A DNA stretch of 64,000 bases from Escherichia coli (GTDB lineage: Bacteria; Pseudomonadota; Gammaproteobacteria; Enterobacterales; Enterobacteriaceae), in the NCBI RefSeq assembly GCF_044647545.1, contig NZ_CP172818.1; one strand, 5' to 3'. How positions within the stretch are numbered: the stretch's first letter is position 1; every line of letters begins with the position of its first letter. The notes beneath the pieces were generated by a model, which made no database searches, was not told where the DNA came from, and saw only the letters and a list, made by a program, of their open reading frames with translations. This document shows positions 31,574-42,640 of the stretch, in pieces. The position numbers were made by a program, and so were the translations under genes.

Positions 31574-32675
31574 CATTGCTCCGGTTATAGCGGAAAACGC
31601 GAAATCAGCAGCTCTAAGCGCTGGCGAATATCGCTATCCAGCGCCACCGGTGCATTATACGACCGGGCGGTTTTCCTAATAATCCCCACCATTGTGGCCG
31701 TGTTTTCCCCCATCAGGCCATTAATGGCGGCGAGGAAGCGGGAAATCTTTTATTGCTTTTGTTTATCAAGCGATCTTAAGGTGTCGTAATAAGAAACCTG
31801 CTGACTGATGATTTTTCGCACATCATGAAATTCCCTGCCGGTTAGTCGCGGTTTGGCAATTATCTTTTCATGTGAATTATTTTTTTTCGATAAAAATAAA
31901 AAAACTTCCGATTTTTGAATTGGTAAGGCTTAATGAAAATTCCACCAAGGACAAGACCGAAAAGTTTAATAAAACCCTAAACAATTTCCCTTAAACCAAC
32001 CCATTATTTTCTTTACCTTTAGGAAAACCTCCTGGAAACGGCCCCAAAAAAACGTCCTTTTTCCGGTAAAAAAATCCCCTCTTATTTGATAGTAAATACA
32101 GCCAATGCACAAAATTCAGGCGCTTTCAGCTCTCTTTTATGATTTTATTGTTCATCCGCAGTAAGATTCACCTCATTGCCTTTTTTCTGTTTTCATAGTA
32201 AACGCACCAACTCATTGAGATTAATGAGACTGAGTTAGAAGTGTAGCCAGTACTTGTAATTAATAATATGATTGGGTAAATATAATGTAATGCTAGACGC
32301 CACACTAAACTGACCAGCGCCGCCATCATATTATTCTACTCAACCGAAACAAAGATACCTCCCCTCGCGCGAAAAATGTAATATTTTCTTTATGATTACT
32401 ATTCCGCTCCGTTATCAAGATAAAGAAAGGAATGGCGCTGAAAAAATGCCGTCAAGGTTGGAGAGAACGAGAGCACCAGATATAGACAACCGCCATCGAA
32501 AAAAGCAAATCCCACCCCGACACGCAAACAACTACAAACAGATGAACAGCAATACGAAACTATACCGATGATGTCATGTTTCGCCACGATTGAGGCGATG
32601 GTTTCCCACGAAAAACCCTTTTTCCCCATCATACAATACTCCTGTGGGAAAAGCGCGCTGTTCCCCGCATCGAAA

Positions 32676-33791
32676 TCAAAGACTCCGGGAACCACATCGA
32701 AATACAATTGCGCCCAGCATCACCTGAATCAGGTCATACGCTTCGAGATACTTAACGCCAAACACCAGCGCAATAAGCGGCTTGCCGACGATCAACACCG
32801 CGAGCGCCACCAGAATACCGATTCCGCCCGCCAGTAAACCTGACTTCACGCCTAACAACCACGGTCTGGTGGTGCGCGGATCTAAACGCATCACCTCTGG
32901 GTAAAAACTTTTGCCCAGTAAACCCGCTGGCGTTCCGGCGGCGTCGAAGAATGTCATGGCGATTTTAAATAACCCGGCGGCAGCGGGTCCTAACACGATC
33001 CCCACCAGCACTGTGCTGCACGAGTTACGCGCCGACCAGATGGAGTGGGCAATGTTGGTTGACCAGACAAAACTCCACGCGCCTTTAATGTGTCGGGCAG
33101 ACTCAAACAGATTCAATTTGAAGGCGTTATGGATATTTCTGCGGCGTAATTCGCGCGCGGCAAACCACCAGTACATGGTGCCGCCAACCAGATTCGACAC
33201 GTACCAGGCAATAACAAAACCCGCAAAACCAAAGTCAAAATACCAGGCTACGACGCTCCCCGCTGCGCGCAGAAAAGGTTTCGTCGCTTGCTGTACAGCA
33301 ATTAGATCGAAGCGATCTACCGCACGCAGAATGCCGGTCGGCGTGGAGGAAGCCATTGAAGGAATGAGCGTGCAATACAGCGCTGCCAGCCAAAAGCTTT
33401 GGTCATCCAGACCTAATGAATGGGAAAGAAAAGGGAGTAAGGCAATGCCGCCGACAATCGCCACCGCGCCGCTGACGATATCCAGCGAGAAGGAAAATGA
33501 GACGACATTGCGAAATTGCTGCGGATTATTGTTGGTCAAGGCTGGCGTTCCGTACTGCACCACCAACTGCCATGTCTGAAACTTAATAAAATCGCTGATC
33601 GACTTGGCGTACGATTGCACAATCACCAGTACGCCAAACATGGCGGGCGTCATCCCTTTACCGGCACACGAGAGCGCCAACAGACCCAGTAAAGCGCTCA
33701 CGACATTACTGGAGCCTAACCAGGCGCTATTGCGAATAATGGTGCGAAACGCGCCATCTGCAAACCAATGTTTGATGTTAAAACCCGCCAA
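32676..33791 (-). CDS. yghQ: Polysaccharide-transporter/flippase-like inner membrane protein YghQ; 3' end possibly disturbed
   Basis: 371-aa polytopic membrane ORF; its C-terminus borders the anomalous block, and a further out-of-frame ORF follows at 32399..32707. Confidence 0.85.
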   Translation of the reverse strand: MAGFNIKHWFADGAFRTIIRNSAWLGSSNVVSALLGLLALSCAGKGMTPAMFGVLVIVQSYAKSISDFIKFQTWQLVVQYGTPALTNNNPQQFRNVVSFSFSLDIVSGAVAIVGGIALLPFLSHSLGLDDQSFWLAALYCTLIPSMASSTPTGILRAVDRFDLIAVQQATKPFLRAAGSVVAWYFDFGFAGFVIAWYVSNLVGGTMYWWFAARELRRRNIHNAFKLNLFESARHIKGAWSFVWSTNIAHSIWSARNSCSTVLVGIVLGPAAAGLFKIAMTFFDAAGTPAGLLGKSFYPEVMRLDPRTTRPWLLGVKSGLLAGGIGILVALAVLIVGKPLIALVFGVKYLEAYDLIQVMLGAIVFRCGSRSL

Positions 33792-33836
33792 TTCAGCCTG
33801 ACCTTATCGTTGATAGTAAAAAGTATCCCGCCAGCC

Positions 33837-34595
33837 TTAAGTTAAACTTCGGCGGTCAGAAACGATGGCAACCAGAGAAACCGCCTTCTGTGCCTGTTCC
33901 AGCACTTCGCTGTAAGGCGCTCTGGAATCAATCTCAAGAATTTTTGTGCCGTTATAGCCAATCTTCGACATGACGCCGATTTTGTCCTGCAATTCGGCAT
34001 AGTCATGGTCAGGCTTGCGGGAAATGGCAGTATCAATATCAATCCCCAAACGAATGATTAATTCAGGACGGTATTGCGCCATTTGTTGGTATAAACGCCG
34101 TTCGCGCTGCGCCAGAAACATGCTGATTTTCCCGGTCGCACGTTCGACGCCGATCCCCGGTCCGTCATAATAAAAGCCCGAAATTTCAGCCTGCGGGAAG
34201 CGATCGCTGACCACCAGAACGCCACTTTGCGCCAGTCGCTGAACCTTGCGTAGATTCGCCATTCTTCGCAGCGAGAAGCAGTACATAATCACCGCCGCCC
34301 ATAGCGCTGGAGATTTGGTTTTCATGCTTTGGGTTTTCGATGATTTGGCCGCCAGTCGCCGTTCGAGCCAGACGCCAACCAACGGCAATCGTTTGATTTT
34401 GTCGCCGTCTTCGCCCGAGAGCAGCCCCAGATAGCGGCGCTCGGTTTGCCAGTGTTGTTGCAGCGATTTCACCAGATCGGTGGTCAGTGTGGATTTACCG
34501 GTACCATCACACCCGACCACCGCAATCAGCCCCGGAATGTAGTTGGGCTGCGGCGCGGTTGTACTATTAACAGTTTGTGTTTGTAGTGCGTCCAT
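33837..34595 (-). CDS. yghR: P-loop NTPase family protein YghR, 252 aa
   Basis: Walker A motif GCDGTGKST near the N-terminus; paralogous to yghS and yghT. Confidence 0.9.
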   Translation of the reverse strand: MDALQTQTVNSTTAPQPNYIPGLIAVVGCDGTGKSTLTTDLVKSLQQHWQTERRYLGLLSGEDGDKIKRLPLVGVWLERRLAAKSSKTQSMKTKSPALWAAVIMYCFSLRRMANLRKVQRLAQSGVLVVSDRFPQAEISGFYYDGPGIGVERATGKISMFLAQRERRLYQQMAQYRPELIIRLGIDIDTAISRKPDHDYAELQDKIGVMSKIGYNGTKILEIDSRAPYSEVLEQAQKAVSLVAIVSDRRSLT

Positions 34596-34626
34596 TCGTT
34601 AAATCATCCCCTATCCATTTTGGTGA

Positions 34627-35340
34627 TCAGGAAAGCGCAGCGTGAATTGCGCGTAGTGACGCTTGCAGAATTTCATCGGCTGGTTGCCGACCATCCAGTT
34701 CAAGGATCTTTGCGCCATTGAATGTCAGTTGCGGCGTAACGGCGATTTTTTCCTGTAACGCTGCCAGTTGGTGGTCAGGTTTACGCGCAAACGCGGTTTG
34801 TTCATCAATGCCAAGACGAATCAACAATACGGGCAAATAAGACGCCATCCATTGGTACAGCTTCAGCTCGCGCTGCCTTAACATTTTTATCCAACCGTTA
34901 CCGCCCGTGGTTTTTGCCAATTGCGGGCCATCAAAGCGAAAACCCGGCACTTCAACCTGCGGGTAGCGGTCGGTGATGAGCAGGTAGCCTTGCTGGCTTT
35001 TACACAACATTTTGCGAAACTTGTACGCCCGCCAGCAGGAAAGCAGATAGATAACCAGCGCAGTCATATTGCCAGGCGGTGTGGAGGGCTTTTCGTGCAC
35101 ATGTGCCGCTTTACTTCGCAGATAACGCCCAAAAGGTGCGCCAATAACAGGGAGCTGTGAAATCCATTCGCCAATTCGCCCGGACGATTGCCCGAGATAA
35201 ATGTGTTCTGTTGGCATTGTTGCTGCCAGTTCATTTACCAGGCTTGCCGTGAGGGTCGATTTACCTGAACCATCACATCCTACAATGGCAATAACACGCA
35301 CTGGCGTGGAATTAATTATTGACATATTACGTTGATTCAC
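34627..35340 (-). CDS. yghS: P-loop NTPase family protein YghS, 237 aa
   Basis: Walker A motif GCDGSGKST; paralog of YghR. Confidence 0.9.
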   Translation of the reverse strand: MNQRNMSIINSTPVRVIAIVGCDGSGKSTLTASLVNELAATMPTEHIYLGQSSGRIGEWISQLPVIGAPFGRYLRSKAAHVHEKPSTPPGNMTALVIYLLSCWRAYKFRKMLCKSQQGYLLITDRYPQVEVPGFRFDGPQLAKTTGGNGWIKMLRQRELKLYQWMASYLPVLLIRLGIDEQTAFARKPDHQLAALQEKIAVTPQLTFNGAKILELDGRQPADEILQASLRAIHAALS

Positions 35341-35514
35341 GAAAAACCCGGCAGCAAATAATGTATTGAATATTACGTGGTCCGTGCTCAGAATATCCGT
35401 TCAACCTTATTGTGACAATGGTTAATTGTGACATTGACCTGAATTACGCTTTCATCAAAAACATATTAACCAAATAAATATTTTGGATGGATATTTAAAT
35501 TTAAGGATATATTC

Positions 35515-36207
35515 ATGCAGTCAATAATACCTCCATTAATTGCCGTTATTGGTAGCGATGGTTCAGGCAAGTCAACGGTGTGTGAACATCTTATTACCGT
35601 TGTCGAAAAATATGGTGCTGCCGAAAGAGTTCATTTAGGAAAACAGGCCGGAAATGTCGGTCGTGCAGTGACAAAATTACCGTTGATGGGAAAATCCTTA
35701 CATAAAACAATTGAACGAAATCAGGTGAAAACAGCAAAAAAATTGCCTGGCCCTGTTCCGGCGCTGGTAATTACAGCGTTTGTCGCCCGTCGCTTACTGC
35801 GCTTTCGTCATATGCTTGCCTGTCGTCGTCGCGGGTTAATTGTTCTAACCGACCGTTATCCTCAGGACCAAATTCCTGGTGCTTACGATGGTACGGTGTT
35901 CCCACCTAACGTTGAAGGTGGTCGTTTTGTCTCATGGCTGGCAAGCCAGGAACGTAAAGCGTTTCACTGGATGGCGAGCCATAAGCCCGATCTGGTCATC
36001 AAACTCAATGTCGATCTGGACGTGGCCTGCGCGCGTAAGCCTGACCACAAAAGAGAATCGCTGGAAAGGAAGATAGCCATAACGCCACAGTTAACCTTTG
36101 GTGGTGCACAACTGGTTGATATCGATGCTAATCAGCCACTGGAAAAGGTGCTGGTTGATGCAGAAAAAGCGATTACGGATTTTATGACCGCGCGTGGTTA
36201 TCACTAG
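35515..36207 (+). CDS. yghT: P-loop NTPase family protein YghT, 230 aa
   Basis: Walker A motif GSDGSGKST; third paralog, divergently oriented. Confidence 0.9.
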   Translation: MQSIIPPLIAVIGSDGSGKSTVCEHLITVVEKYGAAERVHLGKQAGNVGRAVTKLPLMGKSLHKTIERNQVKTAKKLPGPVPALVITAFVARRLLRFRHMLACRRRGLIVLTDRYPQDQIPGAYDGTVFPPNVEGGRFVSWLASQERKAFHWMASHKPDLVIKLNVDLDVACARKPDHKRESLERKIAITPQLTFGGAQLVDIDANQPLEKVLVDAEKAITDFMTARGYH

Positions 36208-36219
36208 TCAAAAATGGAA

Positions 36220-36248
36220 ATGCCCGATCGCCAGGACCGGGCATTTTC
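36220..36248. terminator. Bidirectional terminator between convergent yghT and pitB
   Basis: ATGCCCG...CGGGCAT inverted repeat followed by TTTT. Confidence 0.55.
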
Positions 36249-36255
36249 AGGAAGG

Positions 36256-37755
36256 TTAAATCAACTGCAATGCTATCCAGTACAACCCACCAGAAAGAAA
36301 AATCGCCGCCGGTAAAGTAAACACCCACGCCATCAGGATGCTGGTTACCGTTTTACGCTGTAACCCACCGCCGTCCACCACCATCGTCCCTGCTACTGCA
36401 GACGAGAGTACGTGTGTTGTGGAGACGGGCATCCCAATATAACTGGCAAGGCCGATAGACACTGCCGCCGTCATTTGTGCCGCCATGCCTTGCGCATACG
36501 TCATGCCGCGCTTACCAATCTTCTCACCGATGGTCATCGCTACACGACGCCAGCCAATCATGGTGCCGATGCCGAGCGCCAGTGCTACCGCCATGATGAT
36601 CCACACCGGTGCGTACTCAATGGTGCTTAACATATCGCTGCGCAGTTTTTTCAGCAGGTTCTGGTCTTCTTTACTGACGCCTGGCAGTTTCGCCAGCTTC
36701 GCGGAGGTATCAGAGATGCACAGCATAATGCGGCGCAGCTGGCTGCGCTGACTCACGCTTAACGGCTCGTAACTTTCCATATTGCCTGGCAGCATCGTTT
36801 TAACGCGCGCAATCGCATCAAAGGTATTTGCCGGATGACAGTGAAACTCTGTTACTTGCGTGCCATCAGTCGATGTCGCAGGCAATGGAGGTTCCATCGT
36901 AATCAACTTCTGCGGCAGTTCAGGATGCTGTTGCAGGTAGTGTTCGAAGTTGGTGACGGCATCGCGGGTACGGGTAATTTCATAGCCGGACGCGTTCATA
37001 TTGACGACGAAACCAGCAGGGGCAATCCCCACCAGTACCAGCATCACCAGGCCGATCCCTTTCTGCCCGTCGTTCGCGCCGTGCGAAAACGCCACGCCCG
37101 CAGCGGAAACAATCAGCGCAATACGCGTCCAGAATGGCGGCTTACGTTTGCCTTTTTTCTTTTTGCGATCTTCCGGAATGCGGTGAATACGGTCACGCTT
37201 TTTCGTCCCGCTCCAGAAACGGCGCAGCAGGAAAATCAGACCACCCGCAATGACCAGGCCGACGATAGGGGAAACAATCAGCGAGGAGAAAATTTTGGTC
37301 ACTTCACGCAGGTTTAACGCATCCATCACCGATGAGCCGGTTAACAGCGCGTTGGTTAAACCGATGCCGATAATCGCACCAATCAAGGTGTGCGAACTGG
37401 AGGCCGGTAAACCAAAGAACCACGTTCCCAGGTTCCAGATAATCGCCGCCAGCAGCATAGAAAAGACCATCGCCAGGCCGTGAGTTGACCCCATATTCAA
37501 CAACAAATCGGTTGGCAACATATGGACAATGGCATAGGCAACGCTAAGTCCGCCTAGCAATACGCCAAAAAAATTAAAAAATGCCGCCATCACCACAGCA
37601 AGTTGTGGTTGCATGGCACGAGTATAAATAACGGTTGCCACCGCATTCGCCGTGTCATGAAAACCATTGATTGCTTCGTAGAACAACACAAATGCCAGAG
37701 CAAGTAATAACAAAAGCCCTGTGTATATATCAAGGCCAACAAATAAATTTAGCAT
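36256..37755 (-). CDS. pitB: Low-affinity inorganic phosphate transporter PitB, 499 aa
   Basis: ORF track 499 aa polytopic membrane protein, PiT family. Confidence 0.95.
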   Translation of the reverse strand: MLNLFVGLDIYTGLLLLLALAFVLFYEAINGFHDTANAVATVIYTRAMQPQLAVVMAAFFNFFGVLLGGLSVAYAIVHMLPTDLLLNMGSTHGLAMVFSMLLAAIIWNLGTWFFGLPASSSHTLIGAIIGIGLTNALLTGSSVMDALNLREVTKIFSSLIVSPIVGLVIAGGLIFLLRRFWSGTKKRDRIHRIPEDRKKKKGKRKPPFWTRIALIVSAAGVAFSHGANDGQKGIGLVMLVLVGIAPAGFVVNMNASGYEITRTRDAVTNFEHYLQQHPELPQKLITMEPPLPATSTDGTQVTEFHCHPANTFDAIARVKTMLPGNMESYEPLSVSQRSQLRRIMLCISDTSAKLAKLPGVSKEDQNLLKKLRSDMLSTIEYAPVWIIMAVALALGIGTMIGWRRVAMTIGEKIGKRGMTYAQGMAAQMTAAVSIGLASYIGMPVSTTHVLSSAVAGTMVVDGGGLQRKTVTSILMAWVFTLPAAIFLSGGLYWIALQLI

Positions 37756-37996
37756 ATATTAGATTACGCCATTTTGAATTTACGAACGGACGCATTATCA
37801 GTGACTTTAACGGCATGGGCAAAGTGAAATATCATTTTTTAACGATAAAAAGCGTGTTATTTCTTGTGTATCAGACAATAAGCATTCATTCAAAACCTTT
37901 AGAAATAATCAAAACACATGTATTCTGCTGGTTAATATATTCACATATAAAATGAATAAATATTGGAATATATAAATATTGAATGTTTTGATTAAT

Positions 37997-38031
37997 CCCC
38001 GTACTGATTATTCTTCATAATCAGTACGGGG
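37997..38031 (-). terminator. Putative terminator downstream of gss
   Basis: Inverted repeat CCCCGTACTGATTA...TAATCAGTACGGGG immediately 3' of the gss stop. Confidence 0.5.
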
Positions 38032-38046
38032 TTGCTACAACATGTA

Positions 38047-39906
38047 TTACTTTTTCACCACAATTAACGGTTCAATATCACTCTCTTTTTTGATGACCAG
38101 TGATTCATCACCGCGCAAACACGTCCCACCGTAGTTGCCGCCAACGGTGAAGGTACATACCTGAATGTATTTACCGTCCACTTTCGGCAAACACCACAGT
38201 TGCTGATAGATGTTTTTCTGCTCGGCAAATTTACCGCTGGTTTTGTCCAGCACCTCTTCATGATGGCTGACCAGGTCGATATTGCTACCACAGCGACCAG
38301 CGATCGGTTTCACTGCATAACCGGTTTTCACCAGTTCATCATTCACGGAGAAATCGGTATCCAGCAGGTAGCGATGGTGCGGGAACAGCGACCAGAGGAT
38401 CGGCAGAATCGCTTTGTTGCCGGGGATCACCGTCCACAGCGGCTCAAAGACCAGCACTTCCGGGCGCAGCAATACGTCGATAAGACGCACTTCATTTTGC
38501 GGATGACCGGTACGGATCGGCACCGCAGCAAACTCACGGTCGCTAACTTCACGAATCTGATCAAACGCCGTCTCCCACGCCCAGGTTTTCCACACGCAGT
38601 TAACCAGTCGCCCTTCCCCATCAATCAGTTGCCCGGCAGCATCCCAGCCCAGTTCATCCAGCCCACGCAAGATACGCGTTTCAAAGCCCGCCTGGTGCAG
38701 CGCCTGCTCCATAAACTGCGCGTGATAGTTTTCCTCGATATCTTTGTCCTGCATGATATGGACAAACGGACGTGCACGACTGTGTTTCCAGGCACCAGCC
38801 AGTTCGTTAATCAGTCCTTCCGCCGGATTGAAGCCGTTGCCTTTATAGCCCTGCTCCGCCCAACGTTCGAGGATCAAGCCCGCTTCGGTATGACAGGAGG
38901 CAGAATCGGCGTTGTATTCGTAGACTTTCAGGCCACGTTCGTCCATGCAGAAATCCATACGACCGGTGATCATATGGTGACGGCGACGCTGCCAGGAGAG
39001 ACGCAAACGTGGCCAGAGGATTTTCGGAATGTCGAACAGCGCCAGCAGGTTGTCATCTTTTAGCACCTTGTCGGTTGCGTGAAGATACATCAGGTGCAGC
39101 TCGTTGGTGGCTTTAATCAGCTCCTGCTCTGCGCTCTCGGTAATGGTGTAGTAATGATACGGATCCTGATTGATCACCTGACCGTTGGCCTGTACATAGG
39201 CGTTTTGCAGCGGATCTTTTTCATCCAGCCATTTACCGTCAAACTGGCCTTTGTTTTCCAGACGCGCCCCGCTGATTTTCAGCAGTTCGCCTGCAATTTC
39301 CGGCTGTGGCAAGCTGTATTCGGTATCTTCCGTCTGGATCATCCAGCCCAGAATAGTGGTGTCATCAAACGTGTCTTTAAGGGTATAGCCGCCGTTTTCG
39401 ACCACCATCTCCAGCTCGCGCGTCCACTGTTGCCCTTGCGGCAACGGGGAATGAATCACGTTCTGTTCCGCAATACGGACTTTGTTGCCATGCAATTGGG
39501 TAATGATGGCGACATGGCCAGTGTCTTTAAATTCACCGCCTTTATCCCAGATAAGAAGCGCACCCGCGACCGGCGCACGCGGCGAGCCGTTAGGAAATGC
39601 CTGCAATGGCAGGATGTTGTCATTGACCACTTCACGCAGGAAGCGCAGCGAGAAAATCTCCCACGCCATACCCACGTCAGTGAAGACCACACCGTAATTC
39701 AGAAAGAGAAAACGGCGAGCAAATTCAACGCATTGCCATTTGTGGCCCATATATTCGTCGTCGATATAGCTGCGGAATACGGCGTCATCTTCGTATTCCT
39801 GCGGATCGAGAGAACTGTAATCTGAAGAGTAGATTGCTACCCCACCTGGGGCGTAGCCCAATAATGTCCCGAACGGGGCATCCTGGCTGGTCGTTCCTTT
39901 GCTCAT
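38047..39906 (-). CDS. gss: Bifunctional glutathionylspermidine synthetase/amidase, 619 aa
   Basis: ORF track 38047..39909; start at the second Met giving MSKGTTSQDAPFGTLLGYAPGG... Confidence 0.95.
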   Translation of the reverse strand: MSKGTTSQDAPFGTLLGYAPGGVAIYSSDYSSLDPQEYEDDAVFRSYIDDEYMGHKWQCVEFARRFLFLNYGVVFTDVGMAWEIFSLRFLREVVNDNILPLQAFPNGSPRAPVAGALLIWDKGGEFKDTGHVAIITQLHGNKVRIAEQNVIHSPLPQGQQWTRELEMVVENGGYTLKDTFDDTTILGWMIQTEDTEYSLPQPEIAGELLKISGARLENKGQFDGKWLDEKDPLQNAYVQANGQVINQDPYHYYTITESAEQELIKATNELHLMYLHATDKVLKDDNLLALFDIPKILWPRLRLSWQRRRHHMITGRMDFCMDERGLKVYEYNADSASCHTEAGLILERWAEQGYKGNGFNPAEGLINELAGAWKHSRARPFVHIMQDKDIEENYHAQFMEQALHQAGFETRILRGLDELGWDAAGQLIDGEGRLVNCVWKTWAWETAFDQIREVSDREFAAVPIRTGHPQNEVRLIDVLLRPEVLVFEPLWTVIPGNKAILPILWSLFPHHRYLLDTDFSVNDELVKTGYAVKPIAGRCGSNIDLVSHHEEVLDKTSGKFAEQKNIYQQLWCLPKVDGKYIQVCTFTVGGNYGGTCLRGDESLVIKKESDIEPLIVVKK

Positions 39907-40110
39907 CACTTTACCTTTAACAATACAACCTAAGCAGTTGGCGTAATTGTTGTGCTCTGATTACCTGCTCAGCGACATTAACCGGACAGAGGTCAGACTA
40001 ATCATACACCTCATCGCAGCGGCTGGCGCAAAGGGTTAAAAAATTCACATTCTGTACAGCAAGTGACCTGCTACACTGCTTCAACACTACCACTCAGAAG
40101 GCAACTCACT

Positions 40111-40977
40111 ATGACAGACAATACTTATCAGCCCGCGAAAGTCTGGACGTGGGATAAATCCGCTGGCGGCGCGTTCGCCAATATCAATCGCCCGGTTTCT
40201 GGTCCGACGCATGAAAAAACGCTGCCGGTGGGCAAACATCCGCTGCAACTCTATTCGCTGGGAACGCCAAACGGACAGAAAGTAACGATTATGCTTGAGG
40301 AGCTGCTGGCGCTGGGCGTTACTGGTGCAGAGTACGACGCCTGGCTGATTCGTATTGGTGATGGCGATCAATTCTCCAGCGGCTTTGTCGAAGTGAACCC
40401 AAACTCGAAGATCCCGGCGCTGCGCGACCATACCCATAATCCACCGATCCGCGTGTTTGAGTCTGGATCGATTCTGCTTTATCTGGCGGAGAAATTTGGC
40501 TACTTCCTGCCGCAGGATCTGGCAAAACGGACTGAAACGCTGAACTGGCTGTTCTGGTTACAGGGCGCGGCACCGTTCCTCGGCGGTGGTTTTGGTCACT
40601 TTTACCATTACGCGCCGGTGAAAATTGAGTACGCCATCAACCGCTTTACCATGGAAGCCAAGCGCCTGCTCGACGTGCTGGATAAGCAACTGGCGCAGCA
40701 CAAGTTTGTTGCGGGCGATGAGTACACCATTGCGGATATGGCGATCTGGCCGTGGTTTGGCAACGTGGTGTTAGGCGGCGTGTATGATGCCGCAGAGTTT
40801 CTGGATGCGGGCAGTTATAAGCACGTGCAACGCTGGGCGAAAGAAGTGGGCGAACGTCCGGCGGTGAAGCGTGGGCGTATTGTTAACCGCACCAACGGGC
40901 CGCTGAACGAGCAGTTGCATGAGCGCCATGACGCCAGTGATTTTGAGACGAATACGGAAGATAAGCGTCAGGGGTAA
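40111..40977 (+). CDS. yghU: Glutathione transferase-like disulfide reductase YghU, 288 aa
   Basis: ORF track 40063..40977; native start at the Met giving MTDNTYQPAKVWTWDKSAGGAF... Confidence 0.93.
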   Translation: MTDNTYQPAKVWTWDKSAGGAFANINRPVSGPTHEKTLPVGKHPLQLYSLGTPNGQKVTIMLEELLALGVTGAEYDAWLIRIGDGDQFSSGFVEVNPNSKIPALRDHTHNPPIRVFESGSILLYLAEKFGYFLPQDLAKRTETLNWLFWLQGAAPFLGGGFGHFYHYAPVKIEYAINRFTMEAKRLLDVLDKQLAQHKFVAGDEYTIADMAIWPWFGNVVLGGVYDAAEFLDAGSYKHVQRWAKEVGERPAVKRGRIVNRTNGPLNEQLHERHDASDFETNTEDKRQG

Positions 40978-41093
40978 GGCAACATTGGCACTTATCCTAT
41001 TACCATAAACATTTTAACTAACCCCAAAACCACATTTCATTAACTTTTTCCCTCCCCAATTTTTTTTTTTTCCTAAAAAACACCCCCCTTCCC

Positions 41094-41150
<57 letters not shown>

Positions 41151-41169
41151 ATTTTCGTGCAGCGAGTCC

Positions 41170-41520
41170 CATTTCCCCCGATAAGACCGGTATTTCTTCA
41201 GGCCACAGGAGACTTCAGGCCAAGCTGCTGCATCAGTTTTCGCACCGTTTTGCCACTGAACTTGAGACCTCTTTTCTGAAGTTCACAGTCGATCCGCCGG
41301 TACCCATAACATCCCCGGTGTTCATGGAAGATGGAGGGGATGGGCTGTTTCACATCACAATACTTTTCTTAGCCTTCTGCAGTGACAGCTGATAGTACAG
41401 CGTGCTTCTGGCCAGCCCTGCGAAGCCTTTAACAGGTCAGACTGGCAGTGTCCGCACCTCAGGTTCTGGATGACTTTCGCTTTTTCTCCAGCTCCAGGCG
41501 CTTTTTTCCCAGGAGATCCT
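41170..41520 (-). mobile_element. IS3-family transposase remnant (OrfB N-terminal region, frameshifted and truncated)
   Basis: Minus-strand translations give ...GLARSTLYYQLSLQKAKKSIVM and EHRGCYGYRRIDCELQKRGLKFSGKTVRKLMQQLGL, matching the conserved N-terminal motifs of IS3-family OrfB; no DDE catalytic domain and no inverted repeats follow. Confidence 0.5.
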
Positions 41521-42037
41521 CCTGCATGCCTTCCAGATATGCATTTCCTGCGCAAAAATACCCCCCTCCTTCTTCTCTCTTTCCGCCCTCTGTTTCCCCT
41601 CCTTTTCTCGGGTATCAACAAAACGGTCATTCTTTTCTCCCTCCCGCGCCTAAAAAAGCCCTCACCACCAGTTTGTGTCGCCTTTTTCCTGTTTTCCGCC
41701 GTGTGGTGGCCGGGAATGTTAAAGCCGGCCGGCCGCGGGGGAGAGACAGAGAAAATGCGAGAAAACAAAAAAAAACACGCAAAGTCTCTCTAGAAGAAAA
41801 TAGCCGCCCCCGTTCCTGCAATCCAGGAGCAGAAGAGCGAAAAAAAAAAAAAGAATAAAGGGGGGAGGGGGTGGTATAAAAAAGTTAAAATTGTTGTGGT
41901 GAAAAAAGGAGGCCAGACGGGCCGGTGAAAAAATTCTGTGGGGAAGACTATTTTAAATAAAGGTTTTGTAAAAAACACCACCTGATGTGATATGATATTC
42001 ACTACAAGTGTGGGGTGGAGTTTACGCGCCCTAATCA

Positions 42038-42286
42038 TCACGCGCTGGTAATGTCGTAATCCATTTGGCGCAGCGCGTCTAATGTGGCTTTGGCTTCGTC
42101 TTCATCGATGATGCTCATGGCAAATCCGACGTGCACCAGTACCCACTGGCCCAGCAGATCGGCAGGGTTACCTTCGCAAATCAGGGCGATATTCACGTCG
42201 CGCTTGATACCACATACTTCAACCTGCGCAAGCTGGTGAATATCTTCACCGACAGCCAGCACCTGGCCTGGAACGCCAATACACAT
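42038..42286 (-). CDS. hybG: Hydrogenase maturation chaperone HybG (HypC family), 82 aa
   Basis: ORF track 82 aa beginning MCIGVPGQV (HypC MCxxxP motif). Confidence 0.93.
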
Positions 42287-42298
42287 TGTTAACTCCGG

Positions 42299-42640
42299 TT
42301 ATTCAACTTCAATACTTTTGACGATCAGCGAATCGCCGGTATCGACACGCAACCGCTCGCCATGACAGAGCGGGCATTGCGCATCGTGCTGATGAATCTC
42401 CACCACCTGGCTGCAATCCCAGCACCAGGCCTGGGCGGGTTTATAGACGATATGTAAATCGCACCCTTGCGCCACCGTTCCGTGGCAGACAATTTCAAAA
42501 CTAAAACGGACGGCGCTCTCCTCAACGCAGGAGAGCGCGCCAATTTCCAGCCACACGGCGGTGACGCGCTTAACATCGTGCTGCTCCGCCTGCCGTTGGA
42601 TAATTTCAACGGCGCTCTGGCAAAGCGACAACTCATGCAT
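42299..42640 (-). CDS. hybF: Hydrogenase nickel incorporation protein HybF (HypA family), 113 aa
   Basis: ORF track 42299..42694; start at the Met giving MHELSLCQSAVEII...; CxxC...CxxC zinc site. Confidence 0.93.
   Translation of the reverse strand: MHELSLCQSAVEIIQRQAEQHDVKRVTAVWLEIGALSCVEESAVRFSFEIVCHGTVAQGCDLHIVYKPAQAWCWDCSQVVEIHQHDAQCPLCHGERLRVDTGDSLIVKSIEVE

Noticed and set aside
38200-39825. Plus-strand ORFs of 287 and 248 aa antisense to gss
   Set aside because: Antisense artefacts within a well-supported gene; no independent signal
41355-42041. Several 60-140-aa ORFs on both strands in the yghU-hybG insert with Pro/Arg/Lys-rich translations
   Set aside because: They arise from C/T- and A/G-rich low-complexity DNA; only the IS3-like stretch at about 41170-41520 has a recognisable protein signature
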